Source: a virus. Taken from it: DNA of 64,000 nucleotides. The stretch is taken from IMG/VR virus record IMGVR_UViG_3300035670_000030, positions 64,001 through 128,000 of that record. One strand, given 5' to 3'. Within the stretch, counting starts at the first letter, position 1. Each line of letters opens with the position of its first letter. A program made the translations under genes and the position numbers. The notes under the pieces were generated by a model. The model was given only the letters and a program-made list of their open reading frames with translations. It was not told the DNA's origin and ran no database searches. Shown piece after piece: positions 39,861 through 49,675 of the stretch.

Positions 39861-40667
39861 TTATTCGGATTTGATTTCTTCTATAATAGAAATTTTTTCT
39901 TCAACTTTAATTTCTTCTACTTCAGTTTTTTGTTCTTTTTTATCTTGTTCTTGCGGTTCAATTTTATTCTCTTTTATAAAATTTTCATCAAAGATTTTAA
40001 AATCATCTACAGAATCAGCGCGCCCCAAAAACCAAAGAGTAATAAGATACATGAATCTACGAACAACACCTAGTAAAAACTCATATTTATTTTCTTCTTC
40101 TTCAAAACTATCATATTGAATTAATTTTTCTTCAAATGATTCACCTTTAAAAATAGGACTATATTCTTCAGCATTTTTTTCATAAGCTAAGTTCATTACC
40201 CACCATAAAATGGCTCTATTACGAGCTTTTGCTTCTGCGGTATTTTCAAAAATAGCAATTTGAGATGCTTCGAAATTTTGAATATCTTTTCTAATTTCAT
40301 CTAATTGGTCAATTAATTCTTTTGAACGTAATTTTTCAGCTTCAGTCCTATCTCCATCTCCTTTAATCAAAATAGATTGTAATTCAAATGATGAATCCCT
40401 AAATTTCAAAAGTAATTTACCATATTCTTCACGCTCTTGATCGCTAATACTACCACCGCCATTAGATAAAATGGTTCCCCATGCTGCTTTTGGTAAAACA
40501 CCAGCTTTAGCAAATCTTGAAGTTTCAGCCGCATAGAAAAGTTCGCCATCTTCACGTAAGCGACGATTTGGTTTTAATATTGCAAATTTTTTTGTGAGAG
40601 TATCTTGTGATCCGTCATCTTTTTTTATAACATTTTTAGCATCAAATTCGTATAACCATTTATTCAT
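39861..40667 (-). CDS. Putative tail assembly chaperone 1
   Basis: Lies between tail tube and TMP; coiled coil. Confidence 0.55.
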   Translation of the reverse strand: MNKWLYEFDAKNVIKKDDGSQDTLTKKFAILKPNRRLREDGELFYAAETSRFAKAGVLPKAAWGTILSNGGGSISDQEREEYGKLLLKFRDSSFELQSILIKGDGDRTEAEKLRSKELIDQLDEIRKDIQNFEASQIAIFENTAEAKARNRAILWWVMNLAYEKNAEEYSPIFKGESFEEKLIQYDSFEEEENKYEFLLGVVRRFMYLITLWFLGRADSVDDFKIFDENFIKENKIEPQEQDKKEQKTEVEEIKVEEKISIIEEIKSE

Positions 40668-40676
40668 ATATTTATA

Positions 40677-40901
40677 TTATTTATCCTTTAATTTAAAATC
40701 AAAATTATCTAGTTCTTGTTCTATATTTCTATAACAATTATTGCCATAATCAAGAACACGCTTTCTTAATCTTTGGAATTCATCTTCTGTAATTTTGTCT
40801 TCGCTTTTAAGGTCTTCAAGAGTATATAAAAAACTTAAATAGAGTTTTTTAACGTCTCTATAAACGAATCCTTTAACAAGATCATTTAAATCAATATTCA
40901 T
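40677..40901 (-). CDS. Small hypothetical protein
   Basis: Has its own promoter motif; FQRLRKRVLDYGN helix. Confidence 0.7.
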   Translation of the reverse strand: MNIDLNDLVKGFVYRDVKKLYLSFLYTLEDLKSEDKITEDEFQRLRKRVLDYGNNCYRNIEQELDNFDFKLKDK

Positions 40902-40929
40902 CCTTTACAAACCTTTTGCCTATTTTAAA

Positions 40930-40935
40930 TTACAC
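40930..40935 (-). promoter_or_regulatory. GTGTAA putative late promoter
   Basis: GTGTAATTTAAAATAGGCAAAAGGTTTGTAAAGGATG, just after the terminator. Confidence 0.65.
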
Positions 40936-40940
40936 TTCAT

Positions 40941-40970
40941 AAAAAAAATGGGCACCCGAAGGTGCCCATT
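40941..40970 (-). terminator. Rho-independent terminator after the tail tube gene
   Basis: AATGGGCACC-TTCG-GGTGCCCATT followed by a T run (perfect 10-bp stem, cUUCGg loop). Confidence 0.95.
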
Positions 40971-40993
40971 AAGTTTTATTTTTAATAAAATAA

Positions 40994-42097
40994 TTAAGCG
41001 GTAATGCTACCAGAGATAAAGATACCTTTTTCGATATCTTGAGGTCCAGAAAGCTGAACTTCATATGTTGCTGTCATTGTAGCATTATCACCAATTGCGC
41101 TTGAGAAGCTTTGTGAAACTAATTTAGCGCCTTTGAAAACATAAGCAATTGCTGTTGGTTTATTTACAGAACAACCTGGCTCTTTCATAAGAATTGTGAA
41201 ATTCTTTAATGTTTCACTACAAAGGATATCGGCTAAGTTACCATTTTTAAGGTCTCCTACTTCGGCATTAACTTCTAAAGTTGCTGTAACTGGGAAGTCA
41301 ATTTCACGAGAAAACGCAAAACGGTTTCCAAGTTTTTGAAGCGGGGTACGAGCGAGATCGAAAGAAAGTGTAAAATCTTGAACTTTCAAATCTGTTTCTT
41401 GGAAACCAATTGTACTATCAGCTGGAAGATTAAATACAATATCTCCAGGTTGTAATGCCGTTGGGATTCCAGCCCCAGTAATTGCCGTAGCCTGTGGCAA
41501 TTTGAAAAAGCTTCCTGTAATATTTAAGCCATCAACTGGGTTTACTGCTGGAATTACTTCGTTACCAGTAGCATTACCATATATACGGATATTTAAACCT
41601 TCAATTTCGATATCTGCTGTAGCAATTTCACCAACAGCAGCATTGACACTATATGAAGTTAAGAATCCGTTTCCGACACCAATAACACCAGTATTTGCGC
41701 CAGCATATAGAGCTGCATCATTACCTTCATCAGCAATTAAAAGATAATAATTTTTTTCGTCAGTGGCTTTTGTAAGTAAACCAGAAATACAAGAACGAAG
41801 ATTTGCTTCGGCAGTACCACTTGGATATACGTTTAATCCTAAAAATTTTTCATTTTGACCATTAGTTACATAATAAGAAAAACTAGCTGTTACATCTGGA
41901 TTTTCTGTTTCAATACGGTCAATAGCAGCTAAGTTACCAAACTGGTTAACGTCCGTGAAATTACGTGTAAAATCTTCGTCAAAATTTTGAACACGAGAAA
42001 GTTGTTTTACATCGTTTACACCAGTTTGCATTCCAGTCGCAGAAACTTGGCTTGCATAAAGAGCTAATACTTGATAAATTGTTCTATTTCTTGCCAT
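40994..42097 (-). CDS. Major tail (tube) protein
   Basis: Position, own terminator, beta-rich two-domain pattern (DVNQFG; LARTPLQKLG; GAKLVSQSFSSAIGDN). Confidence 0.8.
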   Translation of the reverse strand: MARNRTIYQVLALYASQVSATGMQTGVNDVKQLSRVQNFDEDFTRNFTDVNQFGNLAAIDRIETENPDVTASFSYYVTNGQNEKFLGLNVYPSGTAEANLRSCISGLLTKATDEKNYYLLIADEGNDAALYAGANTGVIGVGNGFLTSYSVNAAVGEIATADIEIEGLNIRIYGNATGNEVIPAVNPVDGLNITGSFFKLPQATAITGAGIPTALQPGDIVFNLPADSTIGFQETDLKVQDFTLSFDLARTPLQKLGNRFAFSREIDFPVTATLEVNAEVGDLKNGNLADILCSETLKNFTILMKEPGCSVNKPTAIAYVFKGAKLVSQSFSSAIGDNATMTATYEVQLSGPQDIEKGIFISGSITA

Positions 42098-42148
42098 ACT
42101 TATAATTACAGCTCATTTTTATTAAAGACACTAGTTATTTATTATTAA

Positions 42149-43312
42149 TTAAATTATCTGATTAACTTTTGGAACAGGTAAATATTGACTATTAATAGTA
42201 TACCAATTATTTACCATCCAAGGATATAATACATCCTCTGGACTCCAATAAATTGCATCTAATCCATTTTCCGCAAAATCAAAAATATTCCATTGATTTT
42301 CAAACCATGCTATAAACCAGTTTCCATTTCCATCTTTATTATAATAAGGTTTTCCTTGGAATTCTGTAGTGTATACAAATGTTCCATTTAGATTTGGCCA
42401 TCCACCATTTTGAACATCAACGCTTGATAATAACCCAGGAACAATTTGTGCTGGTTCTTGATCATAAACTCTAGGATATCTTAAATCAGATAATTCAAAA
42501 TCAACGAGAGCCGCAACACATTTTTTATTAATTTTTGCATTATCGATTTCATCTAATTTTGAAACAGTAACTTTATCAATATAAACAAGACTATTTGATG
42601 GTTGATTTTTACATAAATTAATATAATTAAAATTATTACTTAATTTAAAATCACCAAAATAATTAAATGGAAAATCATCAGGATTCAAGACAGGAAAAAC
42701 TTTTCTTGCGCTATCACTTAAAATAGAAATAAGACCATCTAATGAAAAACTATTTGAGGCTAATACAATACAACGTACCATTGTTTCTGTAGAATCTTCC
42801 CCACCGAAAGCAAAAGGAACATTTTCTCCCATCCTATGCTTAATAAAAATACATGGATATGGTGTATCTAAATAACCTAAAGCACCTGTTACTTGTGTTA
42901 CTTTTGGAGTGACATTATAAGCTTTTTCAAAAAGTAATTTTTCCTCACGTTCATCAGTATAATAAATATTATATTCTTTAAAACTATAAGTTGCAGTGAC
43001 ATTATTAGAATTTAATCCACTATTTAAAATTGCACGTCCTTTATTAAAATCAATTTTTAGCCCACTTACCCCACGATCTATAAAATTACCATTAACAAAA
43101 ATCCCAGAAGAAATATTCGCATTAGGAACACTACTATCGTATACCCATTGACGGAATGGAGATCCATATATAGAATTATTTGGAAAATTTGGATCAGGAG
43201 AATTATAAAGTTTACCGCTATAATTTATAAAAGCCTCTCCCCTCGTTAGAATTTCATGATCTAACCATAAATAAAAACTGGACATTAGATTTGTAATATA
43301 ACTAGCTTTCAT
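42149..43312 (-). CDS. Putative tail terminator/neck protein with an extra C-terminal domain
   Basis: YPCIFI motif before the tail tube gene; C-terminal NGTFVY...GKPYY...W-rich module. Confidence 0.55.
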   Translation of the reverse strand: MKASYITNLMSSFYLWLDHEILTRGEAFINYSGKLYNSPDPNFPNNSIYGSPFRQWVYDSSVPNANISSGIFVNGNFIDRGVSGLKIDFNKGRAILNSGLNSNNVTATYSFKEYNIYYTDEREEKLLFEKAYNVTPKVTQVTGALGYLDTPYPCIFIKHRMGENVPFAFGGEDSTETMVRCIVLASNSFSLDGLISILSDSARKVFPVLNPDDFPFNYFGDFKLSNNFNYINLCKNQPSNSLVYIDKVTVSKLDEIDNAKINKKCVAALVDFELSDLRYPRVYDQEPAQIVPGLLSSVDVQNGGWPNLNGTFVYTTEFQGKPYYNKDGNGNWFIAWFENQWNIFDFAENGLDAIYWSPEDVLYPWMVNNWYTINSQYLPVPKVNQII

Positions 43313-43890
43313 TATATAACCCCCAATCTTTTAAGAAATTTTGTATACATAGGACTAAAATATTTTACAGGACGAAATATACGATTTGAATAATTATATT
43401 TTATTTGAATACCACCGCCAGAACGAGACCCACTAAAACGTCCATATAAAAAAGAACCTAAACCAGAAATTCCGCGTTCAACATCTAATAGCCAACTACG
43501 ACCACCTTCCCATGGTAATCTTGTGACAGCACCAAATTCTTCTTTAGAGGGGATATTAACTTTTATTTCGAAACCATTTTGCGTATCTTTAACTTTACGA
43601 TCTAATAAAATTTTTTGTATTAAACGTTTTACTGGTAATGTTGGATTCGATCCTTTATTAAAACCTAAAAATGAAAATAAATTACCATAACCGCCAAGTG
43701 TTCCAGATATATTAGATGCATTTTCTCCACCATCTAATTCTTGCGTAACAGGGTGTGATTCAAATTCTGCGCGAAATAAAGCCTTTTCTTTTTCTAGTTC
43801 TTGTTTAACTAAATTACGAACTAAAGTCTTTACGCTTTTACTTTGGAAGACCTCCTTTTTAATAAGTTTTTTATTAATTTTTCCAGCCAT
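43312..43890 (-). CDS. Putative tail completion/neck protein
   Basis: Basic; position in the head-tail module. Confidence 0.5.
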   Translation of the reverse strand: MAGKINKKLIKKEVFQSKSVKTLVRNLVKQELEKEKALFRAEFESHPVTQELDGGENASNISGTLGGYGNLFSFLGFNKGSNPTLPVKRLIQKILLDRKVKDTQNGFEIKVNIPSKEEFGAVTRLPWEGGRSWLLDVERGISGLGSFLYGRFSGSRSGGGIQIKYNYSNRIFRPVKYFSPMYTKFLKRLGVI

Positions 43891-44321
43891 TATTCGCTCT
43901 CCCTAAAATATAAAGTATAAAAATCTATATTGAAAAGTCCGTGTGGACGATTAGTTCCCAATGATTGGACCGGACGACCATCAATTTCAATTTTTTCAGC
44001 ATCACTAATAAAATCTACAAAATCTTTTTTTGCTTTTATTCTGCAAATATTTCCACGTACTTCTTCACGAATTTCTGGCCAACCCATCATTTTAGATGGA
44101 TCTTGCCATTGAATTCGACAATCAAAAGTACCACTAATCGGAATATAAGTTACTTCTATAGACTCCTGATCGTTATATAAAAAATTATAATTTGGATCAC
44201 TAGATACGACTACACGTTCAGGTGTTTTCCATGCAGTAACAGGCCTTGCAAATGTATCATGTAAATTATTGAATTCATTTGCCCATGCTAATTTTTCTGC
44301 ATCTGAAACAAAACTTGGCAT
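43890..44321 (-). CDS. Putative head closure (stopper) protein
   Basis: Size, position and IEIDGR beta pattern. Confidence 0.55.
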   Translation of the reverse strand: MPSFVSDAEKLAWANEFNNLHDTFARPVTAWKTPERVVVSSDPNYNFLYNDQESIEVTYIPISGTFDCRIQWQDPSKMMGWPEIREEVRGNICRIKAKKDFVDFISDAEKIEIDGRPVQSLGTNRPHGLFNIDFYTLYFRESE

Positions 44322-44322
44322 A

Positions 44323-44856
44323 TTAATTTAATGTTCTTTGATATTCTTGAGTTATATAAATTGCAACACCTTCAGTATCATCTCCAACAACTTGATCAGG
44401 TATAGAATTATATTTAAGATACATTTTTACAGATTTATCTAATTCCGCTTTGCAGTCTTGAGCAAGACCTCTAAAATTTTTAGAAATTTCATTTTTATTA
44501 ATTTTAGTGATTGTACTGTCCCCTTCTCTTAAAGTTGTCCAATCATTACCAACAGTCATTGCACTAGATGCTGCGTTTCTGGCTTCATTTTTAAAATACT
44601 CACAATCAAATATCATTTTATAAATCGAATATTGATCAGAAGACGGCTCTGGTAATAAACCATAACCAGTAACGATTCCAGAAGAGTTTTGAAAACAAAC
44701 CCCAGAAATATGCGTGCCTATTAAATTATTTAATTTTCCAGCATTTGAATTATCCAAAAACCATCCAGATAAACGACTTGGAGGATAAGATGCAGGATTT
44801 CCTAAATCATTATATACACTATCTATAAATTGAGAAAAAGAATATGTACAGTTCAC
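44323..44856 (-). CDS. Putative head-tail adaptor
   Basis: Position; WTTLREGDSTI motif; GTG start 8 nt after GTGTAA (44865-44870). Confidence 0.55.
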   Translation of the reverse strand: MNCTYSFSQFIDSVYNDLGNPASYPPSRLSGWFLDNSNAGKLNNLIGTHISGVCFQNSSGIVTGYGLLPEPSSDQYSIYKMIFDCEYFKNEARNAASSAMTVGNDWTTLREGDSTITKINKNEISKNFRGLAQDCKAELDKSVKMYLKYNSIPDQVVGDDTEGVAIYITQEYQRTLN

Positions 44857-44876
44857 ATACTATTTTACACAAAAAA

Positions 44877-45254
44877 TTAAGCACCTTCTCTTAAGATCTT
44901 TCGCGCTTTAGCGTCTAAATCATTAATTGATTTAACTTGACCTTCTGCAACATTACTACCATATCTAGAATTCCATTTTATAAATTCCTGAACTAAACGG
45001 TCTGTAAGAACTTTTCTATCTGGAGTTGGAACAAGACCAATTTTATATGCATGTGCTTGTAGATCCGTCATATTCATTTCAGCTAATTGTCCACGATATT
45101 GTTCAGAACTTGTTGCTGTGTATATTGAAAGAGTTTCGCCTAAAATTTCATCTAAAGAAGATGGCTGTTTAACAGTTTTTTCCTCTTTCCCGTGAATTTG
45201 TAACATATCTTTTTTTGATGGGCGACCTCTTTTCTTTTTAGTTTGAGTATTCAT
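44877..45254 (-). CDS. Small protein with AT-hook-like and Rho-N/HeH-like motifs
   Basis: KKKRGRPSKK; LAEMNMTDLQAHAYKIGL...RKVL. Confidence 0.55.
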   Translation of the reverse strand: MNTQTKKKRGRPSKKDMLQIHGKEEKTVKQPSSLDEILGETLSIYTATSSEQYRGQLAEMNMTDLQAHAYKIGLVPTPDRKVLTDRLVQEFIKWNSRYGSNVAEGQVKSINDLDAKARKILREGA

Positions 45255-45300
45255 CTTAAATATTATTACATTTAATGTAAAAATAATCTAATTTTTTTAT

Positions 45301-45330
45301 AAAAAAAGGGCCACCCTTTCGGATGGCCCT
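45301..45330 (-). terminator. Rho-independent terminator after the major capsid gene
   Basis: AGGGCCATCC-GAAA-GGGTGGCCCT followed by a T run. Confidence 0.95.
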
Positions 45331-45353
45331 AATTTTTTAAACTATTTGTTTAA

Positions 45354-46478
45354 TTATACAATTAAACCAACAGCTGCGCGAGCGTCAACAGCTACGCGAC
45401 CTTCTTCTACGAAGCTGTAGAAGCCAACTTTTTGGCTACGAGCCAAGAATTGGTCGTCAGGAAGAACTCTGACTTGGCCACGGCTTTCGCTTTGGATTGC
45501 GACTGGGCGCAAGAAAGCGTTACGTGTAGCATCAACACCGATGATTAATTCATCAGTTGCGCTTGTGAATGTTGTTCCACCAGCTTGTCCGTATGTATTG
45601 AATTGTGTCGAACCAGCAAAGGTGTCGAACAAGTCATTGTATTTACGGCCTTCGCCAAGTTCAAGCAATTCATGAATTGTTACTCCGAAGATTTCATTAG
45701 TACCAGCAGCACGATAGATTTCTTCACGAACACTGTCAGGAAGAGGTACTGCAGTAGCACCACTTGTAGCAACAGCGCCAGAGCGTGTGTTCATTGGTTG
45801 ATAAGCAAATGCACGGATTTGTTCTTTGACTTCTGGGCTTACGAAGATGTCGGTTAAGCCACGGCTCTGAAGAGCTTGTGGTGTACCGCCAGTGTAAGCA
45901 GCGTTGAGTCTACGAACTAAAGTCCAGAGCTTGTTCATGTCGTCAAGTTGGAAAGTTCCAGCAGTACCAACACGGAAAACGTGTTTAGTGCTATTTGTGG
46001 AAGCTTCAGCTAAGAGTTTAAGGATAACAGCCCAAGCATTACGTTCTTGTTTTACAAGAATTTCATTGGCCATACGTTCCAAACCAGCAGCAACAACGTC
46101 GAGACGAGCCCTACGTACATAGCGTTTGTCCATGGAAATCGCACTATCAAGACGATAGGTATTGATTTTCATTTCTTGCATACCTTGTACGAAATTGGTT
46201 GGCAATCCGCCACCAACAGTTTGGCTCCATACGCTGATGTGCCCCTCATTAAGACCGTAGTAAAGATCAAGCGGAATCGAAGGAGAATCATCTTCATCAA
46301 ATTCTACGTCTCTGTAAATCATAGGAGCAGTACCAGCTTGTAAGAGAACTTGCTGAACAACTTCACTGATGAAAGCTGCGAAAGCTTCTTGAGCTTCCAT
46401 TGCTACAGTTTTATTGTCCGAAGCAAGAGCCTTGATAAGCTCGACTTGCTCTGGGTTTTTATCAAATTGAATTTTCAT
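45354..46478 (-). CDS. Major capsid protein (HK97 fold)
   Basis: 374 aa, after the protease/scaffold and decoration genes; higher GC and optimised codons; DIFVSPE, EIFGVTIHE; followed by a strong terminator. Confidence 0.88.
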   Translation of the reverse strand: MKIQFDKNPEQVELIKALASDNKTVAMEAQEAFAAFISEVVQQVLLQAGTAPMIYRDVEFDEDDSPSIPLDLYYGLNEGHISVWSQTVGGGLPTNFVQGMQEMKINTYRLDSAISMDKRYVRRARLDVVAAGLERMANEILVKQERNAWAVILKLLAEASTNSTKHVFRVGTAGTFQLDDMNKLWTLVRRLNAAYTGGTPQALQSRGLTDIFVSPEVKEQIRAFAYQPMNTRSGAVATSGATAVPLPDSVREEIYRAAGTNEIFGVTIHELLELGEGRKYNDLFDTFAGSTQFNTYGQAGGTTFTSATDELIIGVDATRNAFLRPVAIQSESRGQVRVLPDDQFLARSQKVGFYSFVEEGRVAVDARAAVGLIV

Positions 46479-46502
46479 ATTTTTCTTTCTTTATTTATTT
46501 TA

Positions 46503-47039
46503 TTAGAGTTCTACCTTTAAGAGGGCATATCCTTCGTCATTTTTAGGACCGAGGAATTTGCCAACTGTTGCGCTAGCATAAGGTACAACTTTAAGATCTC
46601 CGTTACCAGCGTCGGAAACAGCTGCGCCGCTACCAACTCCTGGGGTTCCAACGATACCGCTAACAAGAACAAGCCCTTTTGTAAGAATTGGGCATGCTTG
46701 ACCACTGATGATGACATCCATCTCAGCTGCCTTGCGTGGGTTGTAAATTAATTGTTCGCCGTTCTCATCTACTTTACGAACATCTTTAAGCAATAATCCA
46801 ACGATTTGGCCTTTAGCGGCACCAGAAGGAGCGGCGCTAACAGTCCAAGGAACATTGAATTGTGCGGAAAGAGTGTTTCCGTATTGAGAAAGGTTGTCTA
46901 AACTAAGATTAGATTTGAGATCAACACCGTTTCCGTCTGCGACAACAACAGTTCCCTTATTTAAGGATTCTGCGTTAACAGCAAAAAGATTTACGACATC
47001 ATGCTCATCATAATCTCTGAATGGTTTTAAATTTGCCAT
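46503..47039 (-). CDS. Capsid decoration/cement protein
   Basis: 178 aa, Gly/Ala/Val-rich, between scaffold and MCP; VGKFLG...LLKVEL ending. Confidence 0.7.
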   Translation of the reverse strand: MANLKPFRDYDEHDVVNLFAVNAESLNKGTVVVADGNGVDLKSNLSLDNLSQYGNTLSAQFNVPWTVSAAPSGAAKGQIVGLLLKDVRKVDENGEQLIYNPRKAAEMDVIISGQACPILTKGLVLVSGIVGTPGVGSGAAVSDAGNGDLKVVPYASATVGKFLGPKNDEGYALLKVEL

Positions 47040-47058
47040 AATTTTATTTTCTTTCTAT

Positions 47059-48933
47059 TTATTTAATTTTTACGCTGTTTTTATTGAAAGCAGCACTGAT
47101 TTTTTCAACCAATGATACCTCTTGAGGAGAGGAAGCGTTCGGAAGGACTTCTTCCTTTACCTCTGCACTCGAAATTACTTCTTCTACAGTTTTTTCTTCG
47201 CTAGCTACGACTTCAGAAGGTTCAGAAGCTTTTTCTTCTTTCATTTCTTCTTTTTTCATTTCAGCTTCTTTCTTCATCATTTCAGCTTTAGCCATTTTTT
47301 TCTTAGCTGCGGCAAATGTAGAAAACTTTTTATACCATTTTTCGAATTGTTCATCATTCTCGATGGCATTTAAATCTTCTGCGATGATACTACGATCTTC
47401 ATCAGTAAGATCAAATTCTTCATCAAGCAAGGCCATACGGCGTTGGAAATTGGCTTCAATTTCTTTGGCTTTAAGATCTTCTTGAATTTTCGTGAATTCT
47501 TCTTTTACTTTTTCACTATCGGCTTTGATTGATTCAAGGCTGGTTTTTAATTCAGCGATTTGATCTTCAGCAGCTTTAAGTGCGGTTTCTTTTTCTTCAA
47601 CTTTTGATTGCCATTCTTTAGCTAGATCTGCGATACGGTTCGAAATAAAATCACGAACTTCACTTGCAGCAACTTCCTTAATGGAATCATCCGTAATATC
47701 ATCAATATTTTTTAGTTGCATAATATTTTTTACATTTTTATTTTCTTCTTGGACACTTTTTTTATTCATTTTAATTTCAGAAGATTCTACCTCACTATAT
47801 TTTTTATAATTTGATGAAGAGCATTGTGGACAAATTTCAGCATACATACCTTTATAACCACAACCAGTACAAACATATTGATTATCTTTCATTTCGTCAG
47901 ATTTTTTTTCATATTTGTCTGCATCTTCGTTCTCAACAATAGATAAAGTTTCTTCGGCGGCTGTTGACTCTTGATTTTCTTTTGGTTTATCATAAGAAAT
48001 AACAACACCACTAACTTCAGCAGCTGGGGTATTAGTAAAACCAATTCCTAGTGGAAGAACATTTCCCTGAAGATTTAAAAGAACTAATTCTCCATCTTCT
48101 GTAAACCCATTGCCTCCAAAAACTTTAAGACGATCTTTTAATTCTATAATTTCTTCTTCTTTTTCTATAATAGTTGCTTCAGCTAAATTTTTGCTTCCTT
48201 TCGCAACATTAAATTCATTAAACCCAAGTTCCCAACTTGCACTAACTGACAAGTATCTATCAGAAGACGGATCACTGCTAGTAACCAATTCAGCTGCAAA
48301 TTCTGGATTTACAATTTTCCATACGTAACCAGAAAGAACAACATTAAATGGGCCTTTCATTCCCTTTACTTCTTCTAAAGTCAAAGGTTTACTACTACCA
48401 AACTCACTAAATCCATAACCAGTACAAACACCAACAACCACTTTACGATTATGTTCAATATTAAATGGTTTATTAATAAAATTCTCAACCATTGCTAAAG
48501 CAACATCTGTGCTGATTATATGTCCATTTTTATTTCCACGATTAACAACGAAAGCATCAAAAGCAACTCCCATTAAATCACGATTAACATCAAGATCAAC
48601 ATTTTGTGGAAGATATTGTTTTAACTGGTCAATTGAAGCTACTGCTAAATATTTATCATCATCAAAAGGAACCATCGCTTGAACGATAATTCCATCAAAT
48701 TTAATTGAGTATTTAAAATCTTTCATTGTATCCATTTGTAAATTTACACTTTCTTCTTTTAATAGGGCAACATTTTTGAGTTTACTACCTACAATAATTT
48801 TATCTTGATTTGTTTTTGTTAATTCTAACGCGCACAATGATATTGGACGGGTAAATGAAATTGATAAATCTGATAAATCAAATCCTGTTTTTGGATCGAT
48901 ATTATTAATAACAGCTTCTTCGTATGTAGGCAT
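47059..48933 (-). CDS. Prohead protease-scaffold fusion with internal Zn ribbon
   Basis: NKNGH, KPFNIEH, SASWELGF protease-like motifs; CTGC..CPQC; long acidic coiled coil. Confidence 0.75.
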   Translation of the reverse strand: MPTYEEAVINNIDPKTGFDLSDLSISFTRPISLCALELTKTNQDKIIVGSKLKNVALLKEESVNLQMDTMKDFKYSIKFDGIIVQAMVPFDDDKYLAVASIDQLKQYLPQNVDLDVNRDLMGVAFDAFVVNRGNKNGHIISTDVALAMVENFINKPFNIEHNRKVVVGVCTGYGFSEFGSSKPLTLEEVKGMKGPFNVVLSGYVWKIVNPEFAAELVTSSDPSSDRYLSVSASWELGFNEFNVAKGSKNLAEATIIEKEEEIIELKDRLKVFGGNGFTEDGELVLLNLQGNVLPLGIGFTNTPAAEVSGVVISYDKPKENQESTAAEETLSIVENEDADKYEKKSDEMKDNQYVCTGCGYKGMYAEICPQCSSSNYKKYSEVESSEIKMNKKSVQEENKNVKNIMQLKNIDDITDDSIKEVAASEVRDFISNRIADLAKEWQSKVEEKETALKAAEDQIAELKTSLESIKADSEKVKEEFTKIQEDLKAKEIEANFQRRMALLDEEFDLTDEDRSIIAEDLNAIENDEQFEKWYKKFSTFAAAKKKMAKAEMMKKEAEMKKEEMKEEKASEPSEVVASEEKTVEEVISSAEVKEEVLPNASSPQEVSLVEKISAAFNKNSVKIK

Positions 48934-48951
48934 TTTATTATTATAGATTAC

Positions 48952-48957
48952 TTACAC
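48952..48957 (-). promoter_or_regulatory. GTGTAA putative late promoter (capsid operon)
   Basis: GTGTAA 18 nt before the ATG at 48933. Confidence 0.65.
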
Positions 48958-48976
48958 TTATTTTTATAATTTATTA

Positions 48977-49675
48977 TTATAATCTTGCAAATTGCCAATG
49001 TTGATAATCCATATTTCTATAACGACCTAAACTAATCCCGCCCTCTTCTTCGACAAATTTCCAATAGTTATTATAATCTGGATGGGCCATTTTTGCACGA
49101 TCTTTTCCCCATTTTAATTGATTTCGATCAGGATCGATATCTACAGCACATCCCCAGGAATGAGTGCTAAAAGCATTGCCGCCACGCATTTTTCTAACAT
49201 TCAAAATACCACCAAATAAATTTAAACCGAGCCTATCAATTTCTTTTTCTCCATATGTTTTTAATACTTTTTCAAAAACATTATAAAAACTTTTTGCGCA
49301 TTTTTCATGACATGTAAATTTTTTAATAGTTATATTTTTAGCCCAAGCAAGTTTCATGGGATATGGTATTTCTAAACTAGTTTGATTTTCTCCAACTGGG
49401 CCATAAAAATTAACCATACTATTATAGTCTTGTTTTGGCCAGCGTTGAGAAATCGGTGTATTTTCACTAACAGTAGTAATAAATTTCCAAGTTTTTGGAC
49501 CAACAATTCCATCAGGTTTAAGACCATTTTTAGTTTGAAATTTTAAAGTTTCTCTTTCTGTCATTGGGCCGAATGCTCCATCAACATATGGTATTTTATA
49601 ACCAGCGCTTTGTAAAAACAACTGCCATTGTTTTACATCTTGTCCAAAATCACCTTTTTTTAAAACTTTATTCAT
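48977..49675 (-). CDS. Endolysin: peptidoglycan-binding domain plus M15-family peptidase
   Basis: DGAFGPMTE...FQ..GLKPDGIVGPKTW; RKMRGG, STHSWGCAVDIDP, DYQHWQ. Confidence 0.93.
   Translation of the reverse strand: MNKVLKKGDFGQDVKQWQLFLQSAGYKIPYVDGAFGPMTERETLKFQTKNGLKPDGIVGPKTWKFITTVSENTPISQRWPKQDYNSMVNFYGPVGENQTSLEIPYPMKLAWAKNITIKKFTCHEKCAKSFYNVFEKVLKTYGEKEIDRLGLNLFGGILNVRKMRGGNAFSTHSWGCAVDIDPDRNQLKWGKDRAKMAHPDYNNYWKFVEEEGGISLGRYRNMDYQHWQFARL

Noticed and set aside
38837-40667. Programmed -1 frameshift between the tail chaperone genes (A AAA AAG near 39935)
   Set aside because: The downstream ORF is in the +1 frame (TAA-T-GTG), so a -1 slip would not join them, and it has its own start codon
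40994-43890. Contractile tail sheath
   Set aside because: No sheath-sized or sheath-like gene lies between the neck and tube genes in this window
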